Assembly (NCBI GenBank): GCA_045615685.1
Contig: JAZLFG010000023.1
Location: 6,818 to 70,817 of the forward strand
DNA length: 64,000 bases
Source of the DNA: Faecousia sp.
GTDB lineage: Bacteria > Bacillota > Clostridia > Oscillospirales > Oscillospiraceae
Direction: 5' to 3'
Shown: positions 21,273-29,622 of the stretch, piece after piece
Layout: each line of letters starts with the position of its first letter
Position numbering within the stretch: the first letter of the stretch is position 1
Translations under genes and position numbers: made by a program
Notes under the pieces: model-generated
Databases searched by the model: none
Seen by the model: the letters and a program-made list of their open reading frames with translations, nothing else
Told to the model about the DNA's origin: nothing

Positions 21273-21334
21273 AATCGCAACATCTGGTGGACGCACGAGA
21301 GACGTCTGGCCAAGATGTTGCGATTTTTGTTTAT
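21273..21334. terminator. Strong hairpin with T-tract; terminator of the upstream minus-strand membrane-protein gene and/or of a plus-strand transcript
   Basis: A perfect 13-bp inverted repeat AATCGCAACATCT (21273-21285) / AGATGTTGCGATT (21313-21325), plus an inner GACG/CGTC pair. The plus strand continues TTTTTGTTTAT; the minus strand continues TTTGTCTTAT. Confidence 0.65.
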
Positions 21335-21392
21335 CAAATATTTTTCTCTATTTTGCAAGAAATCCTTCAAAAACAGCATTATGCACAAAGCT

Positions 21393-21782
21393 TTACCGGT
21401 ACCGCTTTTTCTTTCCCGCGCCCAGCAGAGCGGCCGCCACTGCGCACACGACAGAAATTGCCGCAGTGTACCAGGCCGTTTCAGAAGTGCTGCCCATCAG
21501 TGCCCGGACAGACGCCATCAAGAGCAGGAGCATTCCAGCGCACCCGATGCACACCGGCAATCTGGCGCAGCCGGCCTTTCTCTGAGCAGCCTGGCATCCG
21601 ACAAATACACCAATGGCACAGACAGCCCAGGCCATATATCTTGTCGCTCCCTCAGGTATCAGCTCCTTTGACAGCAGCAGCGCACCTACAAAGCACAGCG
21701 CCCCGATCAGTACCGCCGCCACCAGCATTCCGGTTAACAGGCCTTTTAGAATTTGCGCACCTTCCTTTTTTCCCCGTTCCAT
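21393..21782 (-). CDS. Small multi-pass membrane protein (TIGR04086/YrzE-like)
   Basis: 129 aa with 3-4 hydrophobic helices and a conserved-looking G..A.RKAG segment. RBS GGAGGGAG. This family commonly sits near yajC-tgt in Firmicutes (recollection). Confidence 0.55.
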   Translation of the reverse strand: MERGKKEGAQILKGLLTGMLVAAVLIGALCFVGALLLSKELIPEGATRYMAWAVCAIGVFVGCQAAQRKAGCARLPVCIGCAGMLLLLMASVRALMGSTSETAWYTAAISVVCAVAAALLGAGKKKRYR

Positions 21783-21840
21783 ATTCTCCCTCCTTCCGGC
21801 TGCTTGTTCGATTTCTGATTCAGCCTATGCGCCATAGATA

Positions 21841-21867
21841 AAAAAATAACGCCGATTTGCATCGGCG
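21841..21867 (-). terminator. Rho-independent terminator after yajC
   Basis: On the minus strand: CGCCGAT-GCAA-ATCGGCG followed by TTATTTTTTT. Confidence 0.7.
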
Positions 21868-21877
21868 GGAAAAGGAA

Positions 21878-22273
21878 TTATTTGGATTTCTTTTCCTTCT
21901 TCATGCGCGCTCTTTCTGCTTGGCGTTCTTCCGCCGCCTTTCTGGCGGCTGCCACTGCGGAGTCGTTGGAGGAAATGGCCCACTTTTTGAACTCAAGGCG
22001 AACCCGATCCGCACCGACCTCGATGACCACATTGTCGTCCTTGATGTGGCAAACCTCGCCGACAACGCCACCGATGGTGGTGAGCTTATCGCCGACCTTG
22101 ATGGCATCGCGCATTTGCTCGGCTTCCTTCTTCTTCTTGCGCTCCGGACGGATCATGATGAGGTACAAAAGCACAAACATCACTACGAGCAAAAGGATGC
22201 TGGACAAACCGTTATTGCCGGCATTACCGGCGCTGGCAGTTAAGAATAACACGGGCAAAATCCTCCAAATCAT
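21878..22273 (-). CDS. yajC: Preprotein translocase subunit YajC
   Basis: A single TM helix followed by IMIRPERKKKKE...IKVGDKLTTIGGVVGEV; canonical YajC with a Lys/Glu-rich tail. Confidence 0.9.
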   Translation of the reverse strand: MIWRILPVLFLTASAGNAGNNGLSSILLLVVMFVLLYLIMIRPERKKKKEAEQMRDAIKVGDKLTTIGGVVGEVCHIKDDNVVIEVGADRVRLEFKKWAISSNDSAVAAARKAAEERQAERARMKKEKKSK

Positions 22274-22324
22274 ATTTTTATGATATTATAGTCTTTTTTC
22301 TACAGGAATGCAAGCCCTCTTTTG

Positions 22325-23455
22325 TCAAATTCTGCGATCTAGCAGCGGTGAATACTCCGCTCGGAAGGCCGCAAAGGAGCCTTCGTCAATGGCTGCGCGA
22401 ATTTTCTCCATCAGGCGGTTGTAGAAATAGAGATTGTGCATCACGCTCAGGCGCATGGCAAGCATTTCCTGCGCCTTAAAGAGGTGGTGCAGATAGCTTC
22501 TGCTGAAGCGACTGCAGACTGGGCAATCGCATTCCGGGTCAATGGGATGGCTGTCGGATTCATATTTTGCATTCTTCAAATTGATGGCTCCCTGCCAGGT
22601 GAAAAGCTTGGCATGGCGGGCATTGCGGGCGGGCATCACGCAGTCAAAAAAATCCACACCCCGCGCCACGCCTTCGATGATGTTCGAGGGGGTTCCGACG
22701 CCCATGAGATAACGGGTCTTGTCGGCGGGCATATAGGGCTCCACTGCGTCAATGATGTCATACATGGTCTGCGTTGGCTCACCTACCGCCAGGCCGCCAA
22801 TGGCATAGCCGGGCAGATCCAAAGCCGCAATCTCTTTCATATGCCAAATGCGAAGCTCCGGATAGGTGCCGCCCTGGTTGATGCCCCAGAGCATCTGCCG
22901 GGGATTCACCGTGTCCGGCAGAGCGTTGAGCCGTGCATTTTCGTTCTTGCAGCGGATAAGCCAGCGCAGTGTCCGCTCGCAGGAGCGCTTGACGTATTCG
23001 TAGGGCGCGGGATTTTCCACACATTCATCGAACGCCATGCAGATATCCGAGCCAAGGTTCGACTGAATCTGCATACTCTCCTCCGGCCCCATAAAAATTC
23101 GGTGACCGTCGATATGGGAGGCAAAATAAACGCCCTCCTCCTTAATTTTTCTTAAAGATGCCAAGGAGAACACCTGGAAGCCTCCAGAGTCTGTGAGAAT
23201 CGGGCCGTCCCAGGTCATAAATTTATGGAGGCCGCCCATCTGCTTCACCAATTGATCGCCGGGGCGAAGGTGCAGGTGGTAGGTATTGGACAATTCTACC
23301 TGGGTGCGAATGCGCTCCAAATCCTCGGCGCTGAGTGCGCCCTTAATTGCGCCCTGGGTGCCGACGTTCATAAATACAGGGGTCTGCACCGTCCCATGGG
23401 CGCAGGTAAACACCCCCCGGCGAGCCTTCCCTTCCCTTTTCAGTAGTTCAAACAT
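22325..23455 (-). CDS. tgt: Queuine tRNA-ribosyltransferase
   Basis: Starts MFELLKREGKARRGVFTCAHGTVQTPVFMNVGT, has a DSGGFQ active site and the zinc motif CDCPVC..(H). ATG 23455 is preferred over the ORF-track 23485. Confidence 0.95.
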   Translation of the reverse strand: MFELLKREGKARRGVFTCAHGTVQTPVFMNVGTQGAIKGALSAEDLERIRTQVELSNTYHLHLRPGDQLVKQMGGLHKFMTWDGPILTDSGGFQVFSLASLRKIKEEGVYFASHIDGHRIFMGPEESMQIQSNLGSDICMAFDECVENPAPYEYVKRSCERTLRWLIRCKNENARLNALPDTVNPRQMLWGINQGGTYPELRIWHMKEIAALDLPGYAIGGLAVGEPTQTMYDIIDAVEPYMPADKTRYLMGVGTPSNIIEGVARGVDFFDCVMPARNARHAKLFTWQGAINLKNAKYESDSHPIDPECDCPVCSRFSRSYLHHLFKAQEMLAMRLSVMHNLYFYNRLMEKIRAAIDEGSFAAFRAEYSPLLDRRI

Positions 23456-23734
23456 ATGCAACCTTTCTGAACCTTTGAAATTCAATTTGCACTGCCGCCT
23501 TCAAGACGGCTGATATCTGTCTGTGTGATTCCTGTTTTTCAGGCAACTCCTTCTTCAAGTAAACCCTTAAACTTTGGAATGTTGTTTCATATCGAATCGT
23601 CAGCATACAAATCCTCCATCCAACGTGGAAACGGAGTGAAATTCCTTGCTTAATCCGACGCCTTTTCTAACATTCTCAATGGCTCTTTTCGTCTCCATAA
23701 ATGTATGCAGATGTCAATTAAAACAATAGTAATA

Positions 23735-24757
23735 TTATAGAATCAGCATGGCATCGCCAAATGAAAAAAAGCGATACCGAAGCGAGACCGCCTCTCGGTA
23801 GGCGTCGAGCACATTCTCCCGACCGGCAAAGGCCGACACCAGCATCACCAGGGTGCTCTCCGGCAGGTGGAAATTGGTGATAAGCCCGTCCATCGCCCGG
23901 AACCGGTAGCCCGGGTAGATAAAGATGTCCGTCCAGGCGGATGTTGCGCGGAAGCTCCCGTCCGGCTCAACCAGGCTTTCCAGGGTACGGCAGGAGGTTG
24001 TGCCAACGCAGATGATGCGCCCTCCCCTCCCCCGGGTCCTGTTCAAAAGCTCCGCCGTCTCCGGCTCCATTGTGCAGAATTCCGCGTGCATATGATGCTC
24101 CGTCACCTCCTCGGCCTTGACCGGACGGAAGGTGCCAAGACCCACATGGAGGGTGATCTCCGCAATATCCACGCCCATGGCACGAACACGATCCAGAAGC
24201 TCGTTGGTAAAATGCAGGCCCGCTGTAGGCGCTGCGGCAGAGCCGATGACCTTGGAATACACCGTCTGGTATCGCTCCCCGTCTGCCAGCTCCTCGCGGA
24301 TATAGGGCGGCAGCGGCATTCTCCCCAGTCGCTCCAGAATCTCCAGAAAAATTCCTTCATAGTGGAACTGCACCAGCTTATTGCCGTCCTCCAGGGCGCC
24401 TACCACGGTGGCCTCCAGCTCGTGCTCGCCAAAGAAAAGCGCCTGCCCCGGTTGGGTCTTTCGTCCAGGTCTTGTAAGGCATTCCCAGACGCCCTCACCG
24501 TGATCTCGCAGCAGCAGTACCTCCACAGCCCCGCCGGTGGGGCGGCAGCCAAGCAGCCGTGCCGGGAGCACTCGGGAGTTGTTTACCACCAGTGTGTCGC
24601 CAGGAGATAAATATTCGATCAAATCCGGAAACTGCCGGTGTTCCCGCTGTCCGGTCTTTCGGTTCATGTACAGAAGCCTGCTCCCGTCGCGCTGGGCAAG
24701 CGGCGTCTGGGCAATCAGCTCCTCAGGCAGTTCATAGTAAAAATCGCTCGTTTTCAA
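23735..24757 (-). CDS. queA: S-adenosylmethionine:tRNA ribosyltransferase-isomerase
   Basis: Starts (M)[19 protein letters not shown], full-length QueA. TTG start with AAGGAG 8 nt upstream. Confidence 0.95.
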   Translation of the reverse strand: MKTSDFYYELPEELIAQTPLAQRDGSRLLYMNRKTGQREHRQFPDLIEYLSPGDTLVVNNSRVLPARLLGCRPTGGAVEVLLLRDHGEGVWECLTRPGRKTQPGQALFFGEHELEATVVGALEDGNKLVQFHYEGIFLEILERLGRMPLPPYIREELADGERYQTVYSKVIGSAAAPTAGLHFTNELLDRVRAMGVDIAEITLHVGLGTFRPVKAEEVTEHHMHAEFCTMEPETAELLNRTRGRGGRIICVGTTSCRTLESLVEPDGSFRATSAWTDIFIYPGYRFRAMDGLITNFHLPESTLVMLVSAFAGRENVLDAYREAVSLRYRFFSFGDAMLIL

Positions 24758-24935
24758 AGTGTTGCTCCTTTGCCCTATGGTTCAATTTCTCACCACGGTA
24801 TGGTTCTTCGCGCAAACGCGCATGGGTTTATTATAGCAGCAATCGGCGCAATTGCAACGATTTTCCGTTTTTTCCCGGCATATTCCTTCCCCGGGGTGCA
24901 TAAGCTGTAGCATTCGGATCGCAAGGAGGAATTCC

Positions 24936-25826
24936 ATGAAAGCTCCCCTCTTCACCGGTACGTGCACTGCCCTAATCACGCCCTTTGCAAACGATACCAT
25001 CTGCTTTCCGATGCTCGATCGGCTCATCGACCGGCAGCTTGCCGCAGGAATTCGCGCCATTGTCTTCTGCGGGACCACCGGAGAGGCCGCTGCCCTTTCA
25101 CCGGAGGAAAAGCTCCTGCTCCTGCAGCACGCCGTCAGCTACATAAACCACCGCTGCAAGGTCATCGCGGGCACCGGCTCCAACTGCACCAAAGAGGCCA
25201 TCCGTCTGTCACAAATGGCAGAGGCCTGCGACGTTGACGGCCTCCTGGTGGTAACGCCCTACTACAACAAGACAACCCAGTCCGGCCTGATCTCCCATTA
25301 CAAGGCCATCGCGGACAGTGTACATCTTCCCATCATCCTTTACAACGTCCCATCACGCACCGGGATGCACATTTCTCTCGATGCCTATGAAGCCCTGTGC
25401 CAACACCCAAACATCCACGGCGTCAAGGAAGCCTCCTGTGACTTGCCCCAGGTCAGCCGCATCCGAAACAGATGTGGAGATCACCTGCACATCTGGTCCG
25501 GCAGCGACGAAACTACCGTTGCCATGATGGCGCTCGGAGCCAAGGGTGTGATTTCCACCACATCAAATCTGACGCCCCGAGCATTTGTGCAGATGTGCGA
25601 CGCCTGTACCCTCGGAGATTACGAGAGAGCCGGAAAAATGCAAAATGACCTAATGCCCCTGATCGACGCTATGTTTTGCGAAGTCAACCCCATCCCCATC
25701 AAGGCGGCACTTCGCCTGCAAGGGCTCGATCCGGGCCCTTGCCGTCCTCCGCTTTGCAGCCTATCCGAGGTGCATTTGCACATGCTGGAAAACCTTTTAT
25801 CTGAATTTCCCATCAGCCTCAAATAA
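24936..25826 (+). CDS. dapA: 4-hydroxy-tetrahydrodipicolinate synthase
   Basis: Starts MKAPLFTGTCTALITPF and contains GTTGE and YNVPSRTG. ATG 24936 has AAGGAGG 5 nt upstream; the ORF-track start at 24852 is rejected. Confidence 0.93.
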   Translation: MKAPLFTGTCTALITPFANDTICFPMLDRLIDRQLAAGIRAIVFCGTTGEAAALSPEEKLLLLQHAVSYINHRCKVIAGTGSNCTKEAIRLSQMAEACDVDGLLVVTPYYNKTTQSGLISHYKAIADSVHLPIILYNVPSRTGMHISLDAYEALCQHPNIHGVKEASCDLPQVSRIRNRCGDHLHIWSGSDETTVAMMALGAKGVISTTSNLTPRAFVQMCDACTLGDYERAGKMQNDLMPLIDAMFCEVNPIPIKAALRLQGLDPGPCRPPLCSLSEVHLHMLENLLSEFPISLK

Positions 25827-25834
25827 AAAACGTG

Positions 25835-25865
25835 CCCGGAATGCGGGAGTTTTCCGCATTCCGGG
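25835..25865. terminator. Bidirectional terminator between dapA and the SLH-peptidase gene
   Basis: CCCGGAATGCGG / CCGCATTCCGGG forms a perfect 12-bp stem, with A-rich sequence upstream and T-rich sequence downstream. Confidence 0.85.
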
Positions 25866-25890
25866 CTGGATATTGTTTTTGACTTTTAGA

Positions 25891-28800
25891 TTAGTTGTTA
25901 CGGAACAGGAAGGTTACAATCTGGCCGCGCTTGCAGTCCTTAGTGGGGCAGAAGGTAGTATTGGTAACACCAGTGGTGATGTCATTTTCCACCGCCCAAA
26001 GCACGGCGTCAAAGTAATACTCGTCCTTATCTACATCGGTGAATGCGCATTCGCCGCTCACCTCAGGAGAGTTCTCCATGCGGTACAGGAAGGTCACAAT
26101 CTGTGCGCGGGAGACGTTTGCCTTGGGGCTAAAGGTCGTTGCGCTGGTGCCCTTGGTGATGCCGTTTGCCAATGCCCACTTGACAGCGTCATAGTAGTAG
26201 TCCTCTTTGTCCACATCGGTGAAGCTCATGTCTACATCCGAGACCTCGGGGCAGCCCGCAGCACGGTACATAAAGGTAACCGCCTCTGCGCGGGTGCAGG
26301 CCTTTTCGGGTGCAAACTTATTTTCGGTCACGCCGCTTGTGACCTTCGGATCATGGTTGATGGCCCAGATGACAGCGTCATAGAAGTAGTCGCCTTCCTT
26401 CACATCTGCAAAGGGATTGACAACGATCTGTACACTCTTATCCACAGGGATATTGGCCTTCACGGAGTCGTTTTGCAGCGTAATCTGGTAGTTCTGGGTA
26501 TATCTTGCCATGCCCTGCTCATAGGTGAAGATAACCAGGGCAAGCGTATGGCCCTTCTTCACAGTGTAGAGGTTGGGCTGCAGATAGATCGTGTAGTCGT
26601 GGTTCTCGCCGACCTTCAGGGCAACCTTGGTCGCGGCGGAAGCGGAGTCATAGCCTGCGCCGGGGTTGCACAGATCCATCCAGCCGCGGGCAATCACCTT
26701 ATAAGGAACCTCGCTGGACTGAAGCTCTGCGTAGTCGTAGTTCTTCAGGCCGCCGCCCATCCATGCGCCGCCCTCGACGAGCGTCTTGGGGACATAGCTG
26801 CCGGAGGTGTTGAATGCGTTGAGGGTTTCGCCCTCGGGTGCAATGTCAACCAGCATAGCGCTGACCATCAGGGCATCGCGGTCGAGAATGTCTTCGGCAT
26901 CGGGAATGGATACGACAACGCCGCCTTCGTCAGAGTTAGCAACAAAGTTGTCGTGATCAAGGAATTCTCCTATGGGTGCTACGAAGTTGTCGTGGTCGAT
27001 CACAGTACCTCTGGGTGCCTGGGGAGCGGTGTAGTTGTCCACAGAAGCTGTGAAGTTCACTGCGACGCTGCCCTTGATGACCGTATCTTCTTCCACAGCC
27101 ATGGTGTACAGGGAGCTGATGTCGGTGGTGCCTGCCACAAAGGCGTCTTTCCAATTGTTGCGGGTGATGCCTGCAGCGGTATAATCGCTGTTGATGGTGG
27201 TGGTGCCGGTCTTGCTTGCGTCGGCAAGGGTGACAAAGTCTTCTGTTGCCCAGCTATCGTATGTATTCCATACGGTGGCGTCGCTGTTGCTCTGTGCAGT
27301 GACAGCCGCCATATTCTCTACGCCGTTCTCCAGGCCATACAGGTAGTGGGAGAACCAGCGGTTAAGGATGTTGTTGTAGGATTCGCCGTCGATATAGAAT
27401 TCCAGGTTGCCAGCGGGGTAGCTGGGAGTGAGGTGGGCATCCTGATGGAGCAGAAGCTTCACATCAACACCTGCGGTCTGATATGCCTGATACATCAGGT
27501 TGAATTCCTTGGTGCGAACGTTGTCGTCGTTCAGGCCATGGACAATCAGAGCGGGGCACTTGATGTTTTCCGCATCAAGCGTGTAGTCGCGGACAGCCCA
27601 GTGATCGGAGTAGTCACCATTGGTGGCGAGCTGATCCTGCTGGGTCTGATACAAATATTCGCCGTACTTTTCCGCGATGGTAGCGTAGTCCTCACTATCC
27701 TGGTAGCGGCCATTGCAGTACCATGCAAGGCGCTCGCTGTAGTTGACAGTGGAGTTGGTGGAAATGCCCTGGGAGTTGGTGTATTCGTACCAGCTTGCAA
27801 TGCCTGCCACGGGAACGATGGTCTCAAGACCCTCTACGCCAGTGGTCGCAAGGCCGAACTGGGTCGTGCCTGCGTAGGAACGGCCGGTCATACCAACCTT
27901 GCCGTTGGACCAATCCGCCTCGATGGTGATATTGCTGGTCTTGTCGGTGTAGGCAACACGGTCGCCGTGCAGCCATTCGATGACGCACTTAAACGCATCA
28001 ATTTCGAGGTCGGTGCCGCAGGTCTCAAAGCCGTCGGAGCCCTTTGTGCCAATGCCGCCGCATTCCACAACAGCAAAGCCGCGCACCAGGTAGTAATCGT
28101 ACCATTCCAGGTCTTCGAAGACATAGGCACGCTCATAGGGATTATAGTAGTACCAATCGGCACTGTTTGCAGCGGCTGCCGCCTGCATGGTGGTTGCGCT
28201 ACCTGCGGGCGTGCGCTTATCGGGCTGGCTATAGAGCTTGGAGATGTCATATCCATTTTTGCCCATGTTGCTGCTTCCGGGGTTCATGGAGGAGTTGCAG
28301 CCGGTGATATAAGGACGTGCTTCGTAAATGGTAGCAGCCTTGTAGTTGCCCTCTGCTGCGGAGCGAGGAAGCTGCACCAGCGCCTTCACAAGGTCAAGCT
28401 TGCCATCATCATCGGTATCGTAGTTGGATTCCACATAGACACAGTAGCGGATAATATCGCTCTTGTCATTGCTGTAACCCGTTTCTACAGAGCCGGTGGT
28501 GTACGGGAAGATCGGCTGCGCCATGCCATTCATGAAAAGCGGCTCCAGCTTCTCGCTGTGAATCGCTTCATACATGACATTGGCAACCGCCTTCATCTGG
28601 CGATAGGTTTCGAGTGTGCAAGGTGCATTGACGTCGGTATCCTCGTCGATCATGCCCATGCTGAGGGCCTGTGCAAGGTAGTCTGCCGGGTAAGCGCCAA
28701 GCTGCTCTTCCGTCATGCCAGTCCACGGCAGAAGGGCACGAATCACATCGACAATTGCGAGCTCGGCGGTTGCCGTCTCGTCATCAGGAATGGTAATGTC

Positions 28801-28932
28801 CTTGTCGATTTCGGCCAAGTCTGCATACGTCAGGACGTCATCTGCGTCGGCTGCGGATACAAATGCAGCACCGGGCAGAATAGAGATGATCATCACAAAT
28901 GCGATCAACATAGCCAGTAGTCTTCTGTTCAT
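25891..28932 (-). CDS. Secreted, cell-wall-anchored Xaa-Pro dipeptidyl-peptidase (S15/CocE-NonD hydrolase) with three C-terminal SLH domains
   Basis: Signal peptide MNRRLLAMLIAFVMIISILPGAAFVSA. S15 nucleophile motif GRSYAG and a PepX-like N-terminal region (NYDTDDDGKLD). Three roughly 60-aa repeats follow (F(A/T)DV.....Y..AV.WA....I..G......F.P). ATG 28932 with RBS AAGGAAAG is preferred over TTG 28950. Confidence 0.8.
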   Translation of the reverse strand: MNRRLLAMLIAFVMIISILPGAAFVSAADADDVLTYADLAEIDKDITIPDDETATAELAIVDVIRALLPWTGMTEEQLGAYPADYLAQALSMGMIDEDTDVNAPCTLETYRQMKAVANVMYEAIHSEKLEPLFMNGMAQPIFPYTTGSVETGYSNDKSDIIRYCVYVESNYDTDDDGKLDLVKALVQLPRSAAEGNYKAATIYEARPYITGCNSSMNPGSSNMGKNGYDISKLYSQPDKRTPAGSATTMQAAAAANSADWYYYNPYERAYVFEDLEWYDYYLVRGFAVVECGGIGTKGSDGFETCGTDLEIDAFKCVIEWLHGDRVAYTDKTSNITIEADWSNGKVGMTGRSYAGTTQFGLATTGVEGLETIVPVAGIASWYEYTNSQGISTNSTVNYSERLAWYCNGRYQDSEDYATIAEKYGEYLYQTQQDQLATNGDYSDHWAVRDYTLDAENIKCPALIVHGLNDDNVRTKEFNLMYQAYQTAGVDVKLLLHQDAHLTPSYPAGNLEFYIDGESYNNILNRWFSHYLYGLENGVENMAAVTAQSNSDATVWNTYDSWATEDFVTLADASKTGTTTINSDYTAAGITRNNWKDAFVAGTTDISSLYTMAVEEDTVIKGSVAVNFTASVDNYTAPQAPRGTVIDHDNFVAPIGEFLDHDNFVANSDEGGVVVSIPDAEDILDRDALMVSAMLVDIAPEGETLNAFNTSGSYVPKTLVEGGAWMGGGLKNYDYAELQSSEVPYKVIARGWMDLCNPGAGYDSASAATKVALKVGENHDYTIYLQPNLYTVKKGHTLALVIFTYEQGMARYTQNYQITLQNDSVKANIPVDKSVQIVVNPFADVKEGDYFYDAVIWAINHDPKVTSGVTENKFAPEKACTRAEAVTFMYRAAGCPEVSDVDMSFTDVDKEDYYYDAVKWALANGITKGTSATTFSPKANVSRAQIVTFLYRMENSPEVSGECAFTDVDKDEYYFDAVLWAVENDITTGVTNTTFCPTKDCKRGQIVTFLFRNN

Positions 28933-29022
28933 TTGCTTTCCTTCTTTCAAAAATTTTTAGATTTTTTCTTGGTAAACCTTTGGCATTTTGCCGTAATTTT
29001 ACTAGAAATAATCATTGTTTAC

Positions 29023-29051
29023 AGTTTAATTTATGAAAGAATCTTTTGCAA
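29023..29051 (-). promoter_or_regulatory. Candidate promoter of the SLH-peptidase gene
   Basis: On the minus strand: TTGCAA (29051-29046), a 17-nt spacer, then TAAACT (29028-29023). Confidence 0.3.
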
Positions 29052-29057
29052 TAGACA

Positions 29058-29093
29058 AATTCTACAAATTTTATCATCTAAATTTGTAGAATT
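29058..29093. promoter_or_regulatory. Perfect 14-bp inverted repeat (candidate operator) abutting the -35 of the SLH-peptidase promoter
   Basis: AATTCTACAAATTT (29058-29071), 8 nt, then AAATTTGTAGAATT (29080-29093). It is AT-only and has no flanking U-tract, so it is unlikely to be a terminator. Confidence 0.4.
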
Positions 29094-29099
29094 CGCCAA

Positions 29100-29143
29100 A
29101 ATTGAAAACTGCCCGAAATGCAGATGCGTTCTACATTTCGGGC
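29100..29143 (-). terminator. Rho-independent terminator of the ddl-DUF1934 operon
   Basis: GCCCGAAATG (29111-29120) / CATTTCGGGC (29134-29143). On the minus strand it is followed by AGTTTTCAATTTT. Confidence 0.75.
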
Positions 29144-29199
29144 TTCATTATAATTCAAAAACGGCACATGGCCTGCTTATTTTGCATCACACGCACTTT

Positions 29200-29622
29200 C
29201 TACGTGAGCTGCACAGTAATATGATAATCAATCGTGCCCATAGGGGTATTCTCAATCTCGATGCCATAATTTAGGTCAAAATATCCCTCGTCATTCTCCA
29301 GGTGTACATCCATTTTTCTTGCAAACACCCGAAGCAGCAGAACTCCTTCCTCGATGCGGTAAAGGGACTCTGAGCTTTCTCCCTCAATAAACTCCATCCT
29401 GGATTCCACACTACCGACTCGCTCCAATATGATTTTGCCCGGCGAGATACGGAAGATCGTTGTGGTGCCAGACAAGCCCGTCAGGGAGCTTTCCTGATAG
29501 CGAAGGGTAATCGTATCTTCCTCATGCTCCAATGTGCCTATCGTCGTGAGCTCAATGGTCTCCGGGGCACTTTCTGGGGATATTTGGGTTCCGCAAATAG
29601 AAATTAATACATCTTTTTTCAT
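29200..29622 (-). CDS. DUF1934 (YwiB-like beta-barrel) protein
   Basis: 140 aa starting MKKDVLISICGTQ with a DUF1934-like pattern. ATG 29622 overlaps the ddl stop (ATGA). Confidence 0.7.
   Translation of the reverse strand: MKKDVLISICGTQISPESAPETIELTTIGTLEHEEDTITLRYQESSLTGLSGTTTIFRISPGKIILERVGSVESRMEFIEGESSESLYRIEEGVLLLRVFARKMDVHLENDEGYFDLNYGIEIENTPMGTIDYHITVQLT

Noticed and set aside
24758-24935. Possible lysine (L-box) riboswitch or attenuator upstream of dapA
   Set aside because: The 178-nt leader lacks the conserved L-box elements I know (an AGAGGxGC start and the multi-helix junction pattern). Only a weak 5-bp hairpin with a T-run is present, which is insufficient.
25873-28920. A 1015-aa stop-free ORF on the plus strand, antisense to the SLH-peptidase gene
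   Set aside because: It is codon-aligned with the minus-strand gene, so its stop codons would correspond to the sense codons TTA, CTA and TCA. Those codons are simply unused in this GC3-rich gene. The product is low-complexity (V/G/A-rich), has no RBS and no recognisable domain. It is a codon-bias shadow ORF.
28933-29274. A 113-aa plus-strand ORF spanning the SLH-peptidase/DUF1934 intergenic region
   Set aside because: It overlaps the 5' end of one gene and the 3' end of another. It is AT-rich and hydrophobic by composition, has no RBS, and runs through a terminator and a palindrome. It is most likely spurious.
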